Below are positions 10,672-21,924 of a DNA stretch of 64,000 bases, piece by piece (positions within the stretch are counted from its first letter, which is position 1; every line of letters starts with the position of its first letter). The notes beneath the pieces were generated by a model. That model did not search any database and was not told where the DNA came from. It saw only the letters and a list, made by a program, of their open reading frames with translations. Source of the DNA: Oculatellaceae cyanobacterium bins.114 (GTDB lineage: Bacteria > Cyanobacteriota > Cyanobacteriia > Elainellales > Elainellaceae); NCBI GenBank assembly GCA_033764315.1, contig JANRJA010000086.1, positions 1-64,000 of the forward strand, in the 5' to 3' direction. The translations under genes were made by a program, and so were the position numbers.

Positions 10672-11637
10672 CTAAATGGGCAGATTAGATCGCGGATCAA
10701 ACGTCTCAATTTGACGGAGTTTCTCGTAGAGGTCACGTTCTTGAGGCGTAAGATCACGGGGCAGAGCAATTTGAATTTCCACAATCTGATCGCCTTGTTG
10801 ACCATCAATGAGATATCCCTTGCCTGATAATCGGAGTTTTTGCCCAGGTCGCACGGCTGGGGGAATCATCATCTTGACAAACCCATCCAAGGTCGGGACT
10901 TCGATTGGCCCTCCTAATACTGCCTCCGGGGGAGTCACAGGCACCTGACAGTAAATATCGGCCCCGTCTAGCTTAAAGAAGGGATGAGGGGCTACCTCAA
11001 TCTTTAAGTACAGATCGCCTCCGGCAACCCCCTGCCCCTTAAGCCGAATTTTTTGCCCCGTTACCATCCCCGCAGGCATGTTGACCTCAAGCGATCGCCC
11101 ATCCTCCAGGCGGATCCGCTCTCGCCCACCCGTATAAGCCTTTTCTAACGGCACAGTCAACCTTGCTTCGGCATTGCGAGGAGTCGTTCTGGCAGACACC
11201 GTATACGCGGTCTTTGTTGTCCCTGGTCGAAACGGATCGCTGGATGTGGCACCTGGAGCAGTGCCCCGATTTAGTAATTGATCGACAAAGGCGTTAAAGT
11301 CAGAAAACTCTCCAAAATCAACTTCCTCAATCGGCACACGACTGCCATTGGCGCGATTAGTCCAAGTTTTAGGGCGAGGAGTCGCAGCGGTGCCCCCTTG
11401 AAAGCCGCCTTTATTCCAATAGCTACTGAACTGGTCATATTGCGATCGCCGACTGCTATCAGACAAGACTTCATAGGCTTCGCTGACATCTTTAAACGTT
11501 TCCTCTGCCTCTTTATTGCCCGGGTTTAAATCCGGGTGATATTGCCGCGCCAACTTGCGATAAGCCTTCTTGATTTCATCAACAGTTGCGCTTCTGGGAA
11601 CTCCGAGAATAGCGTAGTAGTTCCGATAATTTTGCAT
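10672..11637 (-). CDS. dnaJ: DnaJ-class co-chaperone (J domain + C-terminal domain, no zinc finger), DnaJ3/CbpA-like
   Basis: YHPD motif, DnaJ C-terminal domain; directly downstream of dnaK3. Confidence 0.9.
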   Translation of the reverse strand: MQNYRNYYAILGVPRSATVDEIKKAYRKLARQYHPDLNPGNKEAEETFKDVSEAYEVLSDSSRRSQYDQFSSYWNKGGFQGGTAATPRPKTWTNRANGSRVPIEEVDFGEFSDFNAFVDQLLNRGTAPGATSSDPFRPGTTKTAYTVSARTTPRNAEARLTVPLEKAYTGGRERIRLEDGRSLEVNMPAGMVTGQKIRLKGQGVAGGDLYLKIEVAPHPFFKLDGADIYCQVPVTPPEAVLGGPIEVPTLDGFVKMMIPPAVRPGQKLRLSGKGYLIDGQQGDQIVEIQIALPRDLTPQERDLYEKLRQIETFDPRSNLPI

Positions 11638-11741
11638 TCAAGTAAGAGAAAAAAGGAAAAAAGAAGAGGGAAACAGGAAAAGGAAGAGGGAAGAAGGAAA
11701 TGAATGATTCATTTTTCTATCTTCATACTTCACTCTTTAAT

Positions 11742-14072
11742 CTAAAGCCAATCATCATCGTCGTCGTCCCAATCGTTGTTGTCATAACGATTTACAGGAG
11801 CGTTATAGGGAGAGGGATTATTATATCCTCGGTCGTTTCCAGATCGGTCTCTGCCCCGCTCGTTATACCCACTGCGATCGCTGCTTGCTCGATCGGTATA
11901 ACCAGAACGGTTGTCATAACCGCGATCGCCACTGACACGGTCATCATAGCTAGAACGGTTGTCGTAGCCCGAACGGTTATCATAGCCGCGATCGTTGCCA
12001 CTGCGATTATTACCAGCGCGATCGTCATAACCAGAACGGTTGTCATAACTAGGACGATTATCGTAAGGACGAGCATCCCGATTGTCGTAGGGGCGATCGT
12101 CGTAGCGACTATCGTAATAGGGGCGGCGTGATGGCTGGGAATAAGAGCGATCGCCCCAATCATCGCGGCTGTCGCGATAGGGCAGTTCGTCATCATCATC
12201 GCCAAACAAGGTGCGCTTGATAGAGCCAAAGAAATCGTTGTCTTCTTCTTCCTCTTTGTTGAATTGATAGACTTCTCGCTGCAACTCATAGAGCGCATCT
12301 CGCAAGTCTGCCTCAACGACATCAATGCCTCGCTCATCGTTGCGTCCTAGTGCTGCCCGCAATTCTTGAATCAGGTTTTCAATCTTACGGCGATAGCTGC
12401 TAGCAAATTGCATCCCAAAATCCAGGGCAACTTCCCGCAATTGTCGCTCGGCTTGATAAGTTAACGCCTCAGCACGGGTGCGTTTCTCGACTCGTTCGCG
12501 GCGTTCTCGGTCTTGTTGAGCATTCTTCTCGGCATCCCGAATCATTCGTTGCACATCGGCTTCATTCAACGTCGAGGCATCTTGAACAGTAATGCCCTGC
12601 TCACGTCCAGTCGTCTTGTCAAGGGCAGTAACTTGCAAAATACCGTTGGCATCGATATCAAAAGAAACCAGCACCTGAGGCACACCCCGTGGGGCTGGGG
12701 GAATACCCATGAGTTTGAAGCGTCCGAGCGATTTGTTATCGGCTGCCATTTCACGTTCACCCTGAACGACGTGAATCTCAACCACGGTTTGATTGTTTTC
12801 AGAAGTTGAGAAAATGTCCGATCGCCGCACTGGAATGGTGGTGTTGCGGGGAATCAGCTTCTTCATCACCCCGCCAATGGTTTCTAGACCCACTGACAAA
12901 GGCGTGACATCGAGCAACAAAATATCACGCACTTCTTGCGTCAAGATGCCCGCTTGAATCGCCGCTCCGATCGCTACGACTTCATCAGGGTTAACATTTT
13001 CATTCGGTTCCAGGTCAATCAGCGATCGCACCAATTCTTTAACCATTGGCATGCGAGTGCCACCGCCCACCAACACCACCTCATCAATGTCTCTAGGAGA
13101 CAGGCTGGCATCATTAAGAGCTTGCTTAACGGGCGCACGCAAACGACTCACCAAATCGGTACATAACCCCTCAAATTGCGATCGCGTCAAACGAGTTTCT
13201 AAATGCTTGGGGCCATCTTCGGTAGCCGTGATAAAAGGCAAGTTGATATCGGTGACACTCACGCCCGATAGCTCAATTTTTGCTTTCTCTGCCGCTTCCA
13301 TCAAGCGTTGCAAAGATTGGCGATCGCGCCGCAAATCAACGTTTTCTTGCTCTAAGAATTGCTCTGCCAGCCAATCTACAATTTTTTTGTCAAAATCAGC
13401 CCCACCCAGTTGAGTATCACCACTCGTGGCTTTGACCTCAAAGACGCCATCCCCAACATCTAAAATCGATACATCAAAGGTGCCGCCCCCCAGGTCAAAC
13501 ACTAAAACCGTCTGGCTTTCCCCCCGATCGAGTCCATAGGCCAATGATGCAGCGGTCGGCTCATTGAGCACCCGCATCACCTCTAAGCCTGCAATTCGCC
13601 CTGCATCTCGCGTTGCTTGTCGCTGAGTGTCATTAAAGTAAGCCGGAACTGTAATTACTGCGCTAGTGATAGGCTCTCCTAAATAGCGAGCGGCTTCCTC
13701 TGCCAGCTTTCGCAACACCATCGCCGAAACCTCTTCGGGAGCAAACTCTCGCTGCAACCGAGGACATTTAATTTTGACGTTGCCGTTTTCATCTTTGCGA
13801 ATGGTGTAGGGCACTCGCTTTGATTCAGGGCTGAGTTCAGAATAACGCCGTCCAATAAATCGCTTGACGGCATAAAACGTATTTTGAGGATTTAGCACCG
13901 TCTGCCGCCGTGCCATCTGCCCGACGAGTTGCTCTCCATCCTTACTAAATGCCACCACCGAGGGGGTAGTTCGCATTCCCTCAGCGTTAGCAATGACGAC
14001 GGGTTTGCCGCCTTCCATCACGGCAACGACTGAATTTGTGGTTCCCAAGTCAATGCCAACGACTCTGCCCAT
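11742..14072 (-). CDS. dnaK3: Hsp70 DnaK3-type with long repetitive C-terminal tail
   Basis: [19 protein letters not shown]; tail ends [10 protein letters not shown]; paired with dnaJ; start MGRVVG at 14072. Confidence 0.9.
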   Translation of the reverse strand: MGRVVGIDLGTTNSVVAVMEGGKPVVIANAEGMRTTPSVVAFSKDGEQLVGQMARRQTVLNPQNTFYAVKRFIGRRYSELSPESKRVPYTIRKDENGNVKIKCPRLQREFAPEEVSAMVLRKLAEEAARYLGEPITSAVITVPAYFNDTQRQATRDAGRIAGLEVMRVLNEPTAASLAYGLDRGESQTVLVFDLGGGTFDVSILDVGDGVFEVKATSGDTQLGGADFDKKIVDWLAEQFLEQENVDLRRDRQSLQRLMEAAEKAKIELSGVSVTDINLPFITATEDGPKHLETRLTRSQFEGLCTDLVSRLRAPVKQALNDASLSPRDIDEVVLVGGGTRMPMVKELVRSLIDLEPNENVNPDEVVAIGAAIQAGILTQEVRDILLLDVTPLSVGLETIGGVMKKLIPRNTTIPVRRSDIFSTSENNQTVVEIHVVQGEREMAADNKSLGRFKLMGIPPAPRGVPQVLVSFDIDANGILQVTALDKTTGREQGITVQDASTLNEADVQRMIRDAEKNAQQDRERRERVEKRTRAEALTYQAERQLREVALDFGMQFASSYRRKIENLIQELRAALGRNDERGIDVVEADLRDALYELQREVYQFNKEEEEDNDFFGSIKRTLFGDDDDELPYRDSRDDWGDRSYSQPSRRPYYDSRYDDRPYDNRDARPYDNRPSYDNRSGYDDRAGNNRSGNDRGYDNRSGYDNRSSYDDRVSGDRGYDNRSGYTDRASSDRSGYNERGRDRSGNDRGYNNPSPYNAPVNRYDNNDWDDDDDDWL
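11760..12200 (-). repeat. Degenerate coding tandem repeats (YD[N/D]R-type) in the DnaK3 tail
   Basis: About 10 YD[NDS]R motifs plus YTDR and YNER. Confidence 0.85.
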
Positions 14073-14209
14073 GCGCTCCGATGCTCCGTGCCTTACCAAA
14101 AAATTGAGAACATTTGTTGAGTTTATTGTATCTTGCCAGTTGTAAGCCTCAGCAGATCGGATACCCGTCTGCTAATCATAAACTGTCGGTCAGTCCCGTG
14201 AGTGCCCTT

Positions 14210-15019
14210 ATGACAGATCCGAATATGACAGATACAACTGCGGATATACCCTCGCCTCAGACACCACTCCACACACAAAACCCATTAAAACGATTTTCTG
14301 ATCGAGCTGAAGACTATGCCAAGTACAGACCCCGTTACCCAGAAGAGGCGATCGCCACTCTGTTGGATAGTGTGGCAGATCCCGCCCAATGTATCATCGC
14401 CGATATCGGAGCCGGGACTGGTATTTCATCTCGTCTGTTAGCCGATCAAGGCGCAACCGTGTGGGCGATCGAACCCAACGCCGCTATGCGAGAGAGTGCC
14501 ACCCCTCACCTGCGAGTTAAGTTCCATGATGCTACTGCCGAAGCCACCGGATTGTCTAGCCAATCTGTCGATTTAGTCACCTGCTGTCAGTCGTTTCATT
14601 GGTTTGAGCCGATCGCCACCCTCTCCGAGTTTCACCGCATTCTCAAACCAGGAGGACGAGTCGCCCTGATGTGGAACGATCGCGATCTCACTGATCCGCT
14701 CATGGTGGACTATACCAATAGTGTCAGCAATGCGTCTGAGCAAGGATTTTTTGAACGGCGCGATCGCAAATCTCCTGATGCCTTAGCCAACAGTCCCCTG
14801 TTTCAAAACTTTCACACCTACACCTTTACCTACAAACATCCTCTGAGCCTAAAGGGATTGATTGGACTAGCCTCTAGTGCCTCTTATGTAACCAAAACTG
14901 GCTCCACTTATGAGCAACTAATCGCTGATTTGCAAGGGTTGTATCAGCGGTGGCAGCAGGATGGATGCGTTCCACTGTCCTACCAGACTTATTTGTATGT
15001 AGCCGAGAAACAAGGGTAG
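14210..15019 (+). CDS. Class I SAM-dependent methyltransferase
   Basis: IADIGAGTG motif I, QSFHWF, RILKPGG; start codon uncertain (14210 or 14225). Confidence 0.9.
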   Translation: MTDPNMTDTTADIPSPQTPLHTQNPLKRFSDRAEDYAKYRPRYPEEAIATLLDSVADPAQCIIADIGAGTGISSRLLADQGATVWAIEPNAAMRESATPHLRVKFHDATAEATGLSSQSVDLVTCCQSFHWFEPIATLSEFHRILKPGGRVALMWNDRDLTDPLMVDYTNSVSNASEQGFFERRDRKSPDALANSPLFQNFHTYTFTYKHPLSLKGLIGLASSASYVTKTGSTYEQLIADLQGLYQRWQQDGCVPLSYQTYLYVAEKQG

Positions 15020-15078
15020 GTGAGTGACGGGGTAATGAGGTAATAGGGTGATGAGGTGGATGGATCATGGGTGGATAA
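15020..15078. repeat. Short degenerate 8-mer tandem repeats
   Basis: GGGTAATG AGGTAATA GGGTGATG AGGTGGAT ... run. Confidence 0.5.
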
Positions 15079-15082
15079 AACC

Positions 15083-15147
15083 GTAAAGACGCGATTAATC
15101 GCGTTTCTAACCTCCACCTGCACAGACGCGATGAATCGCGTCTCTCC
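15083..15147. repeat. Two REP-like palindromes
   Basis: GTAAAGACGCGATTAATCGCGTTTCTA (15083) and GCACAGACGCGATGAATCGCGTCTCTC (15120). Confidence 0.75.
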
Positions 15148-15194
15148 ACCGTTTCTTGATATCCTTAGATCCTGGACTTGCAACCGTTTTCCCT

Positions 15195-17249
15195 ATGCCT
15201 GCGCTCACCACTCCCTCATCTACATCATTTCCTCTCGCGGCTGTCGTCGGACAAGATGCCATCAAAACAGCACTCTTGTTGGCAGCCATTGACCCAGGAT
15301 TGGGAGGCGTGGTGATTTCAGGACGACGCGGCACCGCTAAATCCGTTATGGCACGTGCCATTCACGCCTTAATTCCACCGATCGAAGTGGTGCAAGGCTC
15401 TTGTTGCAACTGCGACCCCACCCGCTCAGACGAGTGGGACGACGACACACAACAGAAGTTTGTGGCTACAGAGTTTTCAGACTTGCCCACCCAGGTCATC
15501 CCTGCACCCTTTATCCAGATTCCCCTGGGAGTCACCGAGGATCGGTTATTGGGTTCTGTCGATGTGGCTCAATCGATCAAGCAAGGGGAAACCGTCTTTC
15601 AGCCCGGACTGTTGGCAGAAGCCCATCGAGGTGTGTTGTATGTCGATGAGCTGAACCTATTGGATGACCAGGTGAGCAATTTGTTGCTGTCTACCTTGAC
15701 AGAGGGCTGCAACCGTATTGAACGGGAAGGCATTAGTTTTCAACATCCCTGCAAACCTCTGTTGATTGCTACGTACAATCCGGAAGAAGGGGAGTTGCGT
15801 CAACATTTACTCGACCGAATTGCGATCGCCCTCTCAGCAGATGCCGTTTTAGGCTTGGATGAACGGGTGCATGCGGTCGATCAAGCGATTCGCTATACCG
15901 AGTCGCCTCAGGCATTTCTCCAACAATATGCCGAAGATATTGACAACCTCAAAACTCAAATCGTGCTGGCGCGAGAATGGTTGAAGGACGTCGAAGTCAC
16001 GACTCAACAAATTGAATATTTAGTAACCGAGGCACTGCGAGCTGGGGTGCAGGGACACCGCGCCGAGCTGTTTGCGGTGAGAGTTGCCAAAGCCCATGCG
16101 GCTCTCGATGGTCGCGATCGAGTCATAGCGGATGACTTGCGGCGGGCTGTGGAGTTAGTCATCATTCCTCGTGCCACCGTAGTACAAACACCCCCCGATC
16201 AGCAGCAACAACCGCCACCCCCACCCCCTCAAGAACAACAGCAATCTGAGCAAGACCAGGACGACCCCGAAGACGAGAACGACCAGGAAGAACAAGACCA
16301 AGAACCCCCTAGCCTACCCGAAGAGTTTGTCTTTGATCCAGAAGGGGTGATTCTCGACTCGTCAGTGCTGTTTTTTGCTCAAACCGCCACTCGTCAGGGC
16401 AAATCAGGTGCCCGCAGCATTATCTTTTCAGACGATCGCGGTCGCTATATCAAACCCGTGTTACCCAAGGGTAAGGTGCGTCGCATTGCGGTGGATGCTA
16501 CATTGCGAGCAGCTGCCCCTTATCAAAAAGCCCGTCGGCAGCGATACGACCAGAGCCGCAGCCAAGAAGTCGTAGTCCAACCTACGACACGCCGTGTGTT
16601 TGTCGAACAAAGCGATGTTCGGGCAAAACGTCTGGCTCGCAAATCAGGAGCATTGGTGATTTTTGTGGTGGATGCCTCTGGCTCAATGGCACTCAACCGG
16701 ATGCAGTCTGCTAAGGGAGCCGTCATGCGGTTGCTCACTGAGGCTTATCAAAACCGTGATCAGGTGTCGCTGATTCCGTTTAGAGGAGAGCAAGCCGAGG
16801 TGCTGTTGCCTCCTACTCGCTCGATCGCGGCGGCTCGTCGTCGCCTGGAACGCATGGCGTGTGGTGGCGGCTCCCCTCTAGCACATGGCTTGACTCAAGC
16901 GGTGCGGGTGGGAGTGAATGCGCGGCAATCAGGCGATATTGGTCAGGTCGTGATTGTGGCGATTACCGATGGCAGAGGCAACATTCCCTTAGCGCGATCG
17001 CTCGGTGAACCCATCCTCGACGACCAAAAGCCAGACATCAAAGCCGAGTTGTTAGATATCGCTGCCAAGATTCGAGCGATCAACATCAAACTTTTGGTGA
17101 TCGACACCGAAAATAAATTTGTCTCGACAGGCTTTGCCAAAGAACTGGCAAAACATGCAGGCGGCAAATATTATCATCTGCCTAAAGCCACCGATCAGGC
17201 GATCGCCGCTATGACAATGGGTGCTCTCAACGATGCCATGCAACGGTAG
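15195..17249 (+). CDS. chlD: Magnesium chelatase subunit D
   Basis: AAA+ domain (GRRGTAKS), poly-Pro/acidic linker, C-terminal vWA DASGSM. Confidence 0.95.
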   Translation: MPALTTPSSTSFPLAAVVGQDAIKTALLLAAIDPGLGGVVISGRRGTAKSVMARAIHALIPPIEVVQGSCCNCDPTRSDEWDDDTQQKFVATEFSDLPTQVIPAPFIQIPLGVTEDRLLGSVDVAQSIKQGETVFQPGLLAEAHRGVLYVDELNLLDDQVSNLLLSTLTEGCNRIEREGISFQHPCKPLLIATYNPEEGELRQHLLDRIAIALSADAVLGLDERVHAVDQAIRYTESPQAFLQQYAEDIDNLKTQIVLAREWLKDVEVTTQQIEYLVTEALRAGVQGHRAELFAVRVAKAHAALDGRDRVIADDLRRAVELVIIPRATVVQTPPDQQQQPPPPPPQEQQQSEQDQDDPEDENDQEEQDQEPPSLPEEFVFDPEGVILDSSVLFFAQTATRQGKSGARSIIFSDDRGRYIKPVLPKGKVRRIAVDATLRAAAPYQKARRQRYDQSRSQEVVVQPTTRRVFVEQSDVRAKRLARKSGALVIFVVDASGSMALNRMQSAKGAVMRLLTEAYQNRDQVSLIPFRGEQAEVLLPPTRSIAAARRRLERMACGGGSPLAHGLTQAVRVGVNARQSGDIGQVVIVAITDGRGNIPLARSLGEPILDDQKPDIKAELLDIAAKIRAINIKLLVIDTENKFVSTGFAKELAKHAGGKYYHLPKATDQAIAAMTMGALNDAMQR

Positions 17250-17257
17250 GTTCAACG

Positions 17258-20200
17258 TCAAAAAACCTCATCAATTGCCCCTAAATTTAACAGGGTTGTG
17301 CGTTGTGATTCTGAAATCCCTTTGGCTCCAGTAATAATCATGCCTTCATAGGGTTTGGCAACTTTCAGAGTCATCAGTTCTTGATGGGTTTCAATATTCC
17401 ACAACTTGATAGTTTCATCGTTACTGCCGCTGGCAAGAATAGCACCATCGGCACTAAATGCAACTGAGCGCACTCGACTGCTATGTCCTTGTAATGGCAC
17501 AAATTGCTCAGAGTCAATTCGCCAAAGCCTAATAGTATGGTCAGCACCACCACTAGCTAAAATCTTTTGATCAGGGCTAAATGCTAAAGATCTGACTCCA
17601 TTGCGATGTCCGGGTAATGTCTTCAGCAATTGACCTGTCTCGACATCCCATAGTCTGACATTTCGACCCACGCTGCTGCTAGCTAAAATCTTGCCATCGG
17701 CACTAAAGGCGACTGAGCGCAGCCAGTGGCTATGTCCTTTTAGGGGTTCAAGGACAAGTTCTCCCGTGCTGATGTCCCACAAGCGAACCGTCATATCGCC
17801 ACTGCCACTCGCCAACATGGACGTTTGCGGGTTAAATGCAACTGACCAAACCCACCCTGTATGCCCTTTAAGGTCATCCAAGCATTCCCACGTGCGAACA
17901 TCCCACAATTTAATGGTGCGATCGCTGCTACCACTCGCCAACAACCGACCATCGCCACTAAAAGCAACAGAAAGTACTCCATCTTGATGTCCTTCCAGCT
18001 TCTTGAGACACCGTCCTGTGTTGACATCCCAAATTCGGATGGTCAGGTCCTCACTTCCACTGGCAATCAGCTGATCATTAGGGCTAAAGGCTACTGACCA
18101 AACCAACCCTGTATGACCAGCCAGAGAGATGAAATCACCGTTCCCCGTGGAAGTAATATCCCACAATCTGACTTGCCAATCGTCACTGCCACTCACCAGA
18201 CGGCGGCGATCGCGGCTAAATGCAACCGACCTTACCCCTCTAGCATATCCTTGAAAGGTTTTGAGGCGTTCACCCGTCTTGGCATTCCATAAACGAACGG
18301 TCTGGTCATCACTCCCACTCGCCAACCACTGATCATTGGGACTAAACGCCACTGACCGCACCCATCCCATATGGTTTTCCAACGTCTTGAAGCACTCTCC
18401 CGTGTTCATATCCCAGAGCTTGATGGTGTGATCTCCACTGGCACTGGCAAGCACTTGCCCCTCTTTGTTAAAGGCGACTGACCAGACCCACCCAATATGA
18501 TCAGCTAACGTGCTGAGACACTGTAGTTCCCTCTGTTCGCTTGAACATTCACTCGAATAAGATGCCTCCGCTTGAGAAGCAAGCTTACTGACGTCCCACA
18601 ATTTAATGGTTTTGTCACTACTGCCGCTAGCTAATAATTGACCATTTGGGCTAAATGCCACTGACCGCACGCCTCTACTATGCCCTTTTAGAGTTACGAG
18701 GCAAGTGCCTGCTTTAAAGTCCCATACTTTGATAGTGCAATCGCTGCTGCCACTAGCTAATAATTGACCATTTGGGCTAAAAGTCACCGATCGGACAATC
18801 GCTTTATGTCCTTTTAAGTAGTGATATTGACCCGTTTTGACATTCCAAAGGCGAACTTGGGAGTCATCCCCCCCGCTCGCTAGCCAGTGGTCATCAGGTC
18901 CAAATGCAACCGAACGCAGCCAATTACTGGTGTCTTTTAATATCTTGAAACAATGACCTGTCTTCACATCTGTTAAACCAGCATTAACATCCCACAATCG
19001 AATCGTGCCGTCATGACTGGTACTCGCCAACCACTGACCATTGTGATTGAAGGCAACCGATCGCACCCAATCAGTATGACCCTCCCAGGAAAATTGCTCC
19101 CCCGTCTCAACATTCCACAACCGAATTTTGTGGTCTAAGCTACCCGTTGCCAAAATTTTGTTGTCTGGGCTAAAGGTAACTGCCGAAATTGCACCCATCG
19201 TTTCTGCGAACACCGACTTTGATAAATCAGTGTTAGCAAAGTTGACATGACGCAAATTAACATCCGACAAATAGGCTTGCCAAATCGCTAATGCCGAAAA
19301 ATCACGATCATTCAAACGGGGTTGCAGATCAGCATTGATCTGTAGTTGACGGAGCAAATTCAACACATTGCCAGTGGCATAGCTGGGTTTTGGGGGCGTG
19401 TGTCGAGGCAGTTTTTCTAGCAACTTTTGTAATTGGTCTTCAATCGCTTCTTTGCCATCTAAGAGAGTCAGCAGTTTCTCTGTCAGCGGTTTCAAAATAG
19501 TTTCAATCTGTCGCTCTCTCAAATAATCTTTTGTCTGCGCTTTAATCAATACATGGCTGTTAAATCGCAGGATTTTTCCCAGCTTAATTTCTTGACAGAT
19601 TTGATCAATAAACCGATTGATCACATATTCCATTACTACAGGTTGCAACAAAAATAAAACAGAGGTTGATGAGCGAGTGAACGAGGATTTGGTGTCAATT
19701 AGACTCCGATAGCCCAACGATTCAATTACCTCTAACAGTTCAGCTTGGGCAACAGTCGGCACAATATCTTCCCGTAAGATAGAAAGTGAGACTGGTTCAC
19801 AATAAATGGCGAGCCAATACATAACGTCCTCTTCAAGAGGAGATAGCCGTTCAAATTGGTGATCAAGTAGGTGTCGGATATCTCCAAACACAGTTGTTTT
19901 TTGCTTCAAAAATTCAGAAATGCTGCCAAATAGCTCTTGAATCGTAGCAGAGACAATTTTAAGTGCCAGCGGATTTCCGGCATATCGCTCATTAATATCT
20001 CTGAGTTCATCCTCTGAAAAATCAACAATTCCCCTTTCTTCAAAAATTTTTCGAGTGTCTAAACCCTTCAATCCTTTCAATAGAAGCGATCGCACTTTTC
20101 TGCCTTCTAATAAAGCAAACTCCTTTAATTTTTCTCCACTTGTAATGACCAAACAACTTTGATGAGATTTGCTACCAACTTGCTTTAATAACTCCGTATA

Positions 20201-20926
20201 ATCTTCATACCCTTTTTTATATCGCCCTGCCAAGTCATCATCTTTTAAGATTGCTTCTACCCCATCTAAGATCAGCAGACAACGATATTCCTCTAAATAA
20301 TTTAATAACTGACTGATGCGATCGCCAACCGATTCCTTTAGATCAACCACCTGTGTTTTAGAGAAGGACTTTAGCAGGTCTGCCAAAAGCTCTTTTAGAG
20401 AAGGAGTATGGCTCAGCGATCGCCAAATCACTCGCTCAAATTGGGTTTGAATTTGCCTTGCCAACGCTAAAGACAGGGTGGTTTTACCAATGCCCCCAAT
20501 GCCCAAAATTGCTATCAATCGACATCGGTCTTGCAAAATCCATGTCTCTAGTTTTTCTAGCTCATCCTTCCGTCCATAAAAGAAGGTCGTTTCAACATCA
20601 ATAGCATCTCCCCAATCTGGGGGATGACCCTCTATTTGTTTTCCTTTGGCAACATCAATTTCATTTAGAGAAATTGAAGAATGAGATTGATAGCTAGAAA
20701 CTAAATTTTGCTGTAACTTCGCTAGCTTTCCAGGACCACTACCACCAATCTGAAACTTTTTATAAACTTCCCCTAACCGTTTCCGAACCGCATCAGGCTT
20801 AATCTCTAACTTGGTAGCGATCTGAGTGATTGAGTAACCGTCCATCACAAGAGTGAGGACTTCAAACTCATTATCAGACACTCCCTGATCGTTAGCTAAC
20901 GCCTTGAGAACATCTTGAGGAATCAC
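17258..20926 (-). CDS. STAND NTPase: LuxR-like HTH + NB-ARC + pentapeptide-like segment + 14 WD40 repeats
   Basis: ITQIATKLEIKPDAVRKRLGEVYKK HTH; Walker A GIGGIGKTT; Walker B CLLILDGVE; GNPLAL; 14 SVAF..LASGS..W[DN] repeats; GTG start. Confidence 0.9.
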   Translation of the reverse strand: MIPQDVLKALANDQGVSDNEFEVLTLVMDGYSITQIATKLEIKPDAVRKRLGEVYKKFQIGGSGPGKLAKLQQNLVSSYQSHSSISLNEIDVAKGKQIEGHPPDWGDAIDVETTFFYGRKDELEKLETWILQDRCRLIAILGIGGIGKTTLSLALARQIQTQFERVIWRSLSHTPSLKELLADLLKSFSKTQVVDLKESVGDRISQLLNYLEEYRCLLILDGVEAILKDDDLAGRYKKGYEDYTELLKQVGSKSHQSCLVITSGEKLKEFALLEGRKVRSLLLKGLKGLDTRKIFEERGIVDFSEDELRDINERYAGNPLALKIVSATIQELFGSISEFLKQKTTVFGDIRHLLDHQFERLSPLEEDVMYWLAIYCEPVSLSILREDIVPTVAQAELLEVIESLGYRSLIDTKSSFTRSSTSVLFLLQPVVMEYVINRFIDQICQEIKLGKILRFNSHVLIKAQTKDYLRERQIETILKPLTEKLLTLLDGKEAIEDQLQKLLEKLPRHTPPKPSYATGNVLNLLRQLQINADLQPRLNDRDFSALAIWQAYLSDVNLRHVNFANTDLSKSVFAETMGAISAVTFSPDNKILATGSLDHKIRLWNVETGEQFSWEGHTDWVRSVAFNHNGQWLASTSHDGTIRLWDVNAGLTDVKTGHCFKILKDTSNWLRSVAFGPDDHWLASGGDDSQVRLWNVKTGQYHYLKGHKAIVRSVTFSPNGQLLASGSSDCTIKVWDFKAGTCLVTLKGHSRGVRSVAFSPNGQLLASGSSDKTIKLWDVSKLASQAEASYSSECSSEQRELQCLSTLADHIGWVWSVAFNKEGQVLASASGDHTIKLWDMNTGECFKTLENHMGWVRSVAFSPNDQWLASGSDDQTVRLWNAKTGERLKTFQGYARGVRSVAFSRDRRRLVSGSDDWQVRLWDITSTGNGDFISLAGHTGLVWSVAFSPNDQLIASGSEDLTIRIWDVNTGRCLKKLEGHQDGVLSVAFSGDGRLLASGSSDRTIKLWDVRTWECLDDLKGHTGWVWSVAFNPQTSMLASGSGDMTVRLWDISTGELVLEPLKGHSHWLRSVAFSADGKILASSSVGRNVRLWDVETGQLLKTLPGHRNGVRSLAFSPDQKILASGGADHTIRLWRIDSEQFVPLQGHSSRVRSVAFSADGAILASGSNDETIKLWNIETHQELMTLKVAKPYEGMIITGAKGISESQRTTLLNLGAIDEVF

Positions 20927-21121
20927 GACAACACACTTACCTCTAAAAGTTGACTATTCAATCACTGTCACGACCATTAATTTGTAACATCATATTCACC
21001 TAAGTGAACTTCTAATTTAGGAATTGTCTGCATTTTTGTGAGAAAAAGATGTAGTTAAAGTTTCGGTAAAAGTATCCTCCAGATATCCCTCTAATTTTCA
21101 AAACTTAATAGATAAATTTTT

Positions 21122-21160
21122 TGTAGCGATGCTTACAAGTCATAGGTAATAAGTATTACA
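21122..21160. promoter_or_regulatory. Two tandem NtcA-like boxes (GTA-N8-TAC)
   Basis: TGTAGCGATGCTTACA (21122-21137) and GTAATAAGTATTAC (21146-21159); no clean class II -10 box at the canonical spacing. Confidence 0.45.
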
Positions 21161-21238
21161 TCACTAAACCCAGTAAGGAAGCATTGGAGCGATCGCCCCT
21201 ACTCCAGAAACACTCAAAAGATATCAGTCATTCTCGGC

Positions 21239-21477
21239 ATCTCACTTAAATCTCACTTTGCCTCACTTTAATCTTGCTTTTTAGCATAGAGTGAGATACT
21301 TTATGAGCAGTAGTTCAATCTGAAGCAGCTTTAATCTTTGGTACAGAAACTACCCAAAAAGCTTTCGGAATAAGCTTTTGACTTAAAAGATAGTAATACA
21401 TCCACCGGTTTTATCACTTTAGTGAGATACAATTCCATACTATCTCAGATTAAATCGAGTGTGGGCGAGAAGTGAGG
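21239..21477. promoter_or_regulatory. Cluster of CTCACT(T)/AGTGAG motifs, putative operator
   Basis: CTCACTT at 21241, 21252, 21262; inverted AGTGAG at 21290, 21421, 21471. Confidence 0.5.
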
Positions 21478-21528
21478 TTACGCACAGTTCCAAGCAAACC
21501 AACTTGCGTTAAGTAAAAGGTATCTACA

Positions 21529-21768
21529 ATGACTGACTCGTTTTCTCCATTTGCCCCACCGTCCCTTGAAATGTTTAATGAGCCTGTTAAAGGCATTGTC
21601 GATCAAGCCATTACTTTGAACTATCCAGGAAGAGTTCGCTTTCAAGGCTCCCATTGGAAAGCTGAACTTTATCAACCCAAATACAGTCTTGTCATTCCAC
21701 CTGGACAATCCGTCAATATTGTTGCCCTACAAGGCAACACATTACTAGTTATTCCAATGACCTACTAA
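21529..21768 (+). CDS. Stand-alone NfeD-like C-terminal OB-fold protein
   Basis: GIVDQAI..PGRVRFQGSHWKAE..PPGQSVNIVALQGNTLLV pattern; no TM segment. Confidence 0.8.
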   Translation: MTDSFSPFAPPSLEMFNEPVKGIVDQAITLNYPGRVRFQGSHWKAELYQPKYSLVIPPGQSVNIVALQGNTLLVIPMTY

Positions 21769-21924
21769 GTTCCGACTTTAAAAGCCTGAAAGTCATTTCA
21801 AGGGATAGACCTAGTAGCTGCATTTGACAAAGCAGATTTGAAACCTTTTCAGTCTCACTCCTTGAAGTCAACTCTCGCTGAATATGACCTAACGTTGCCC
21901 CTTCTGTCAGTGCGGAGAACCCTC

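Noticed and set aside
11700..12337. ORFs 11700-12131 (+) and 11792-12337 (-) with hydrophobic repeats
   Set aside because: Alternate-frame shadows of the repetitive DnaK3 tail
17380..19200. Periodic ~126-bp repeats as a possible CRISPR array or DGR
   Set aside because: They are coding WD40 repeats; no cas or reverse transcriptase gene and no adenine-specific TR/VR pair seen
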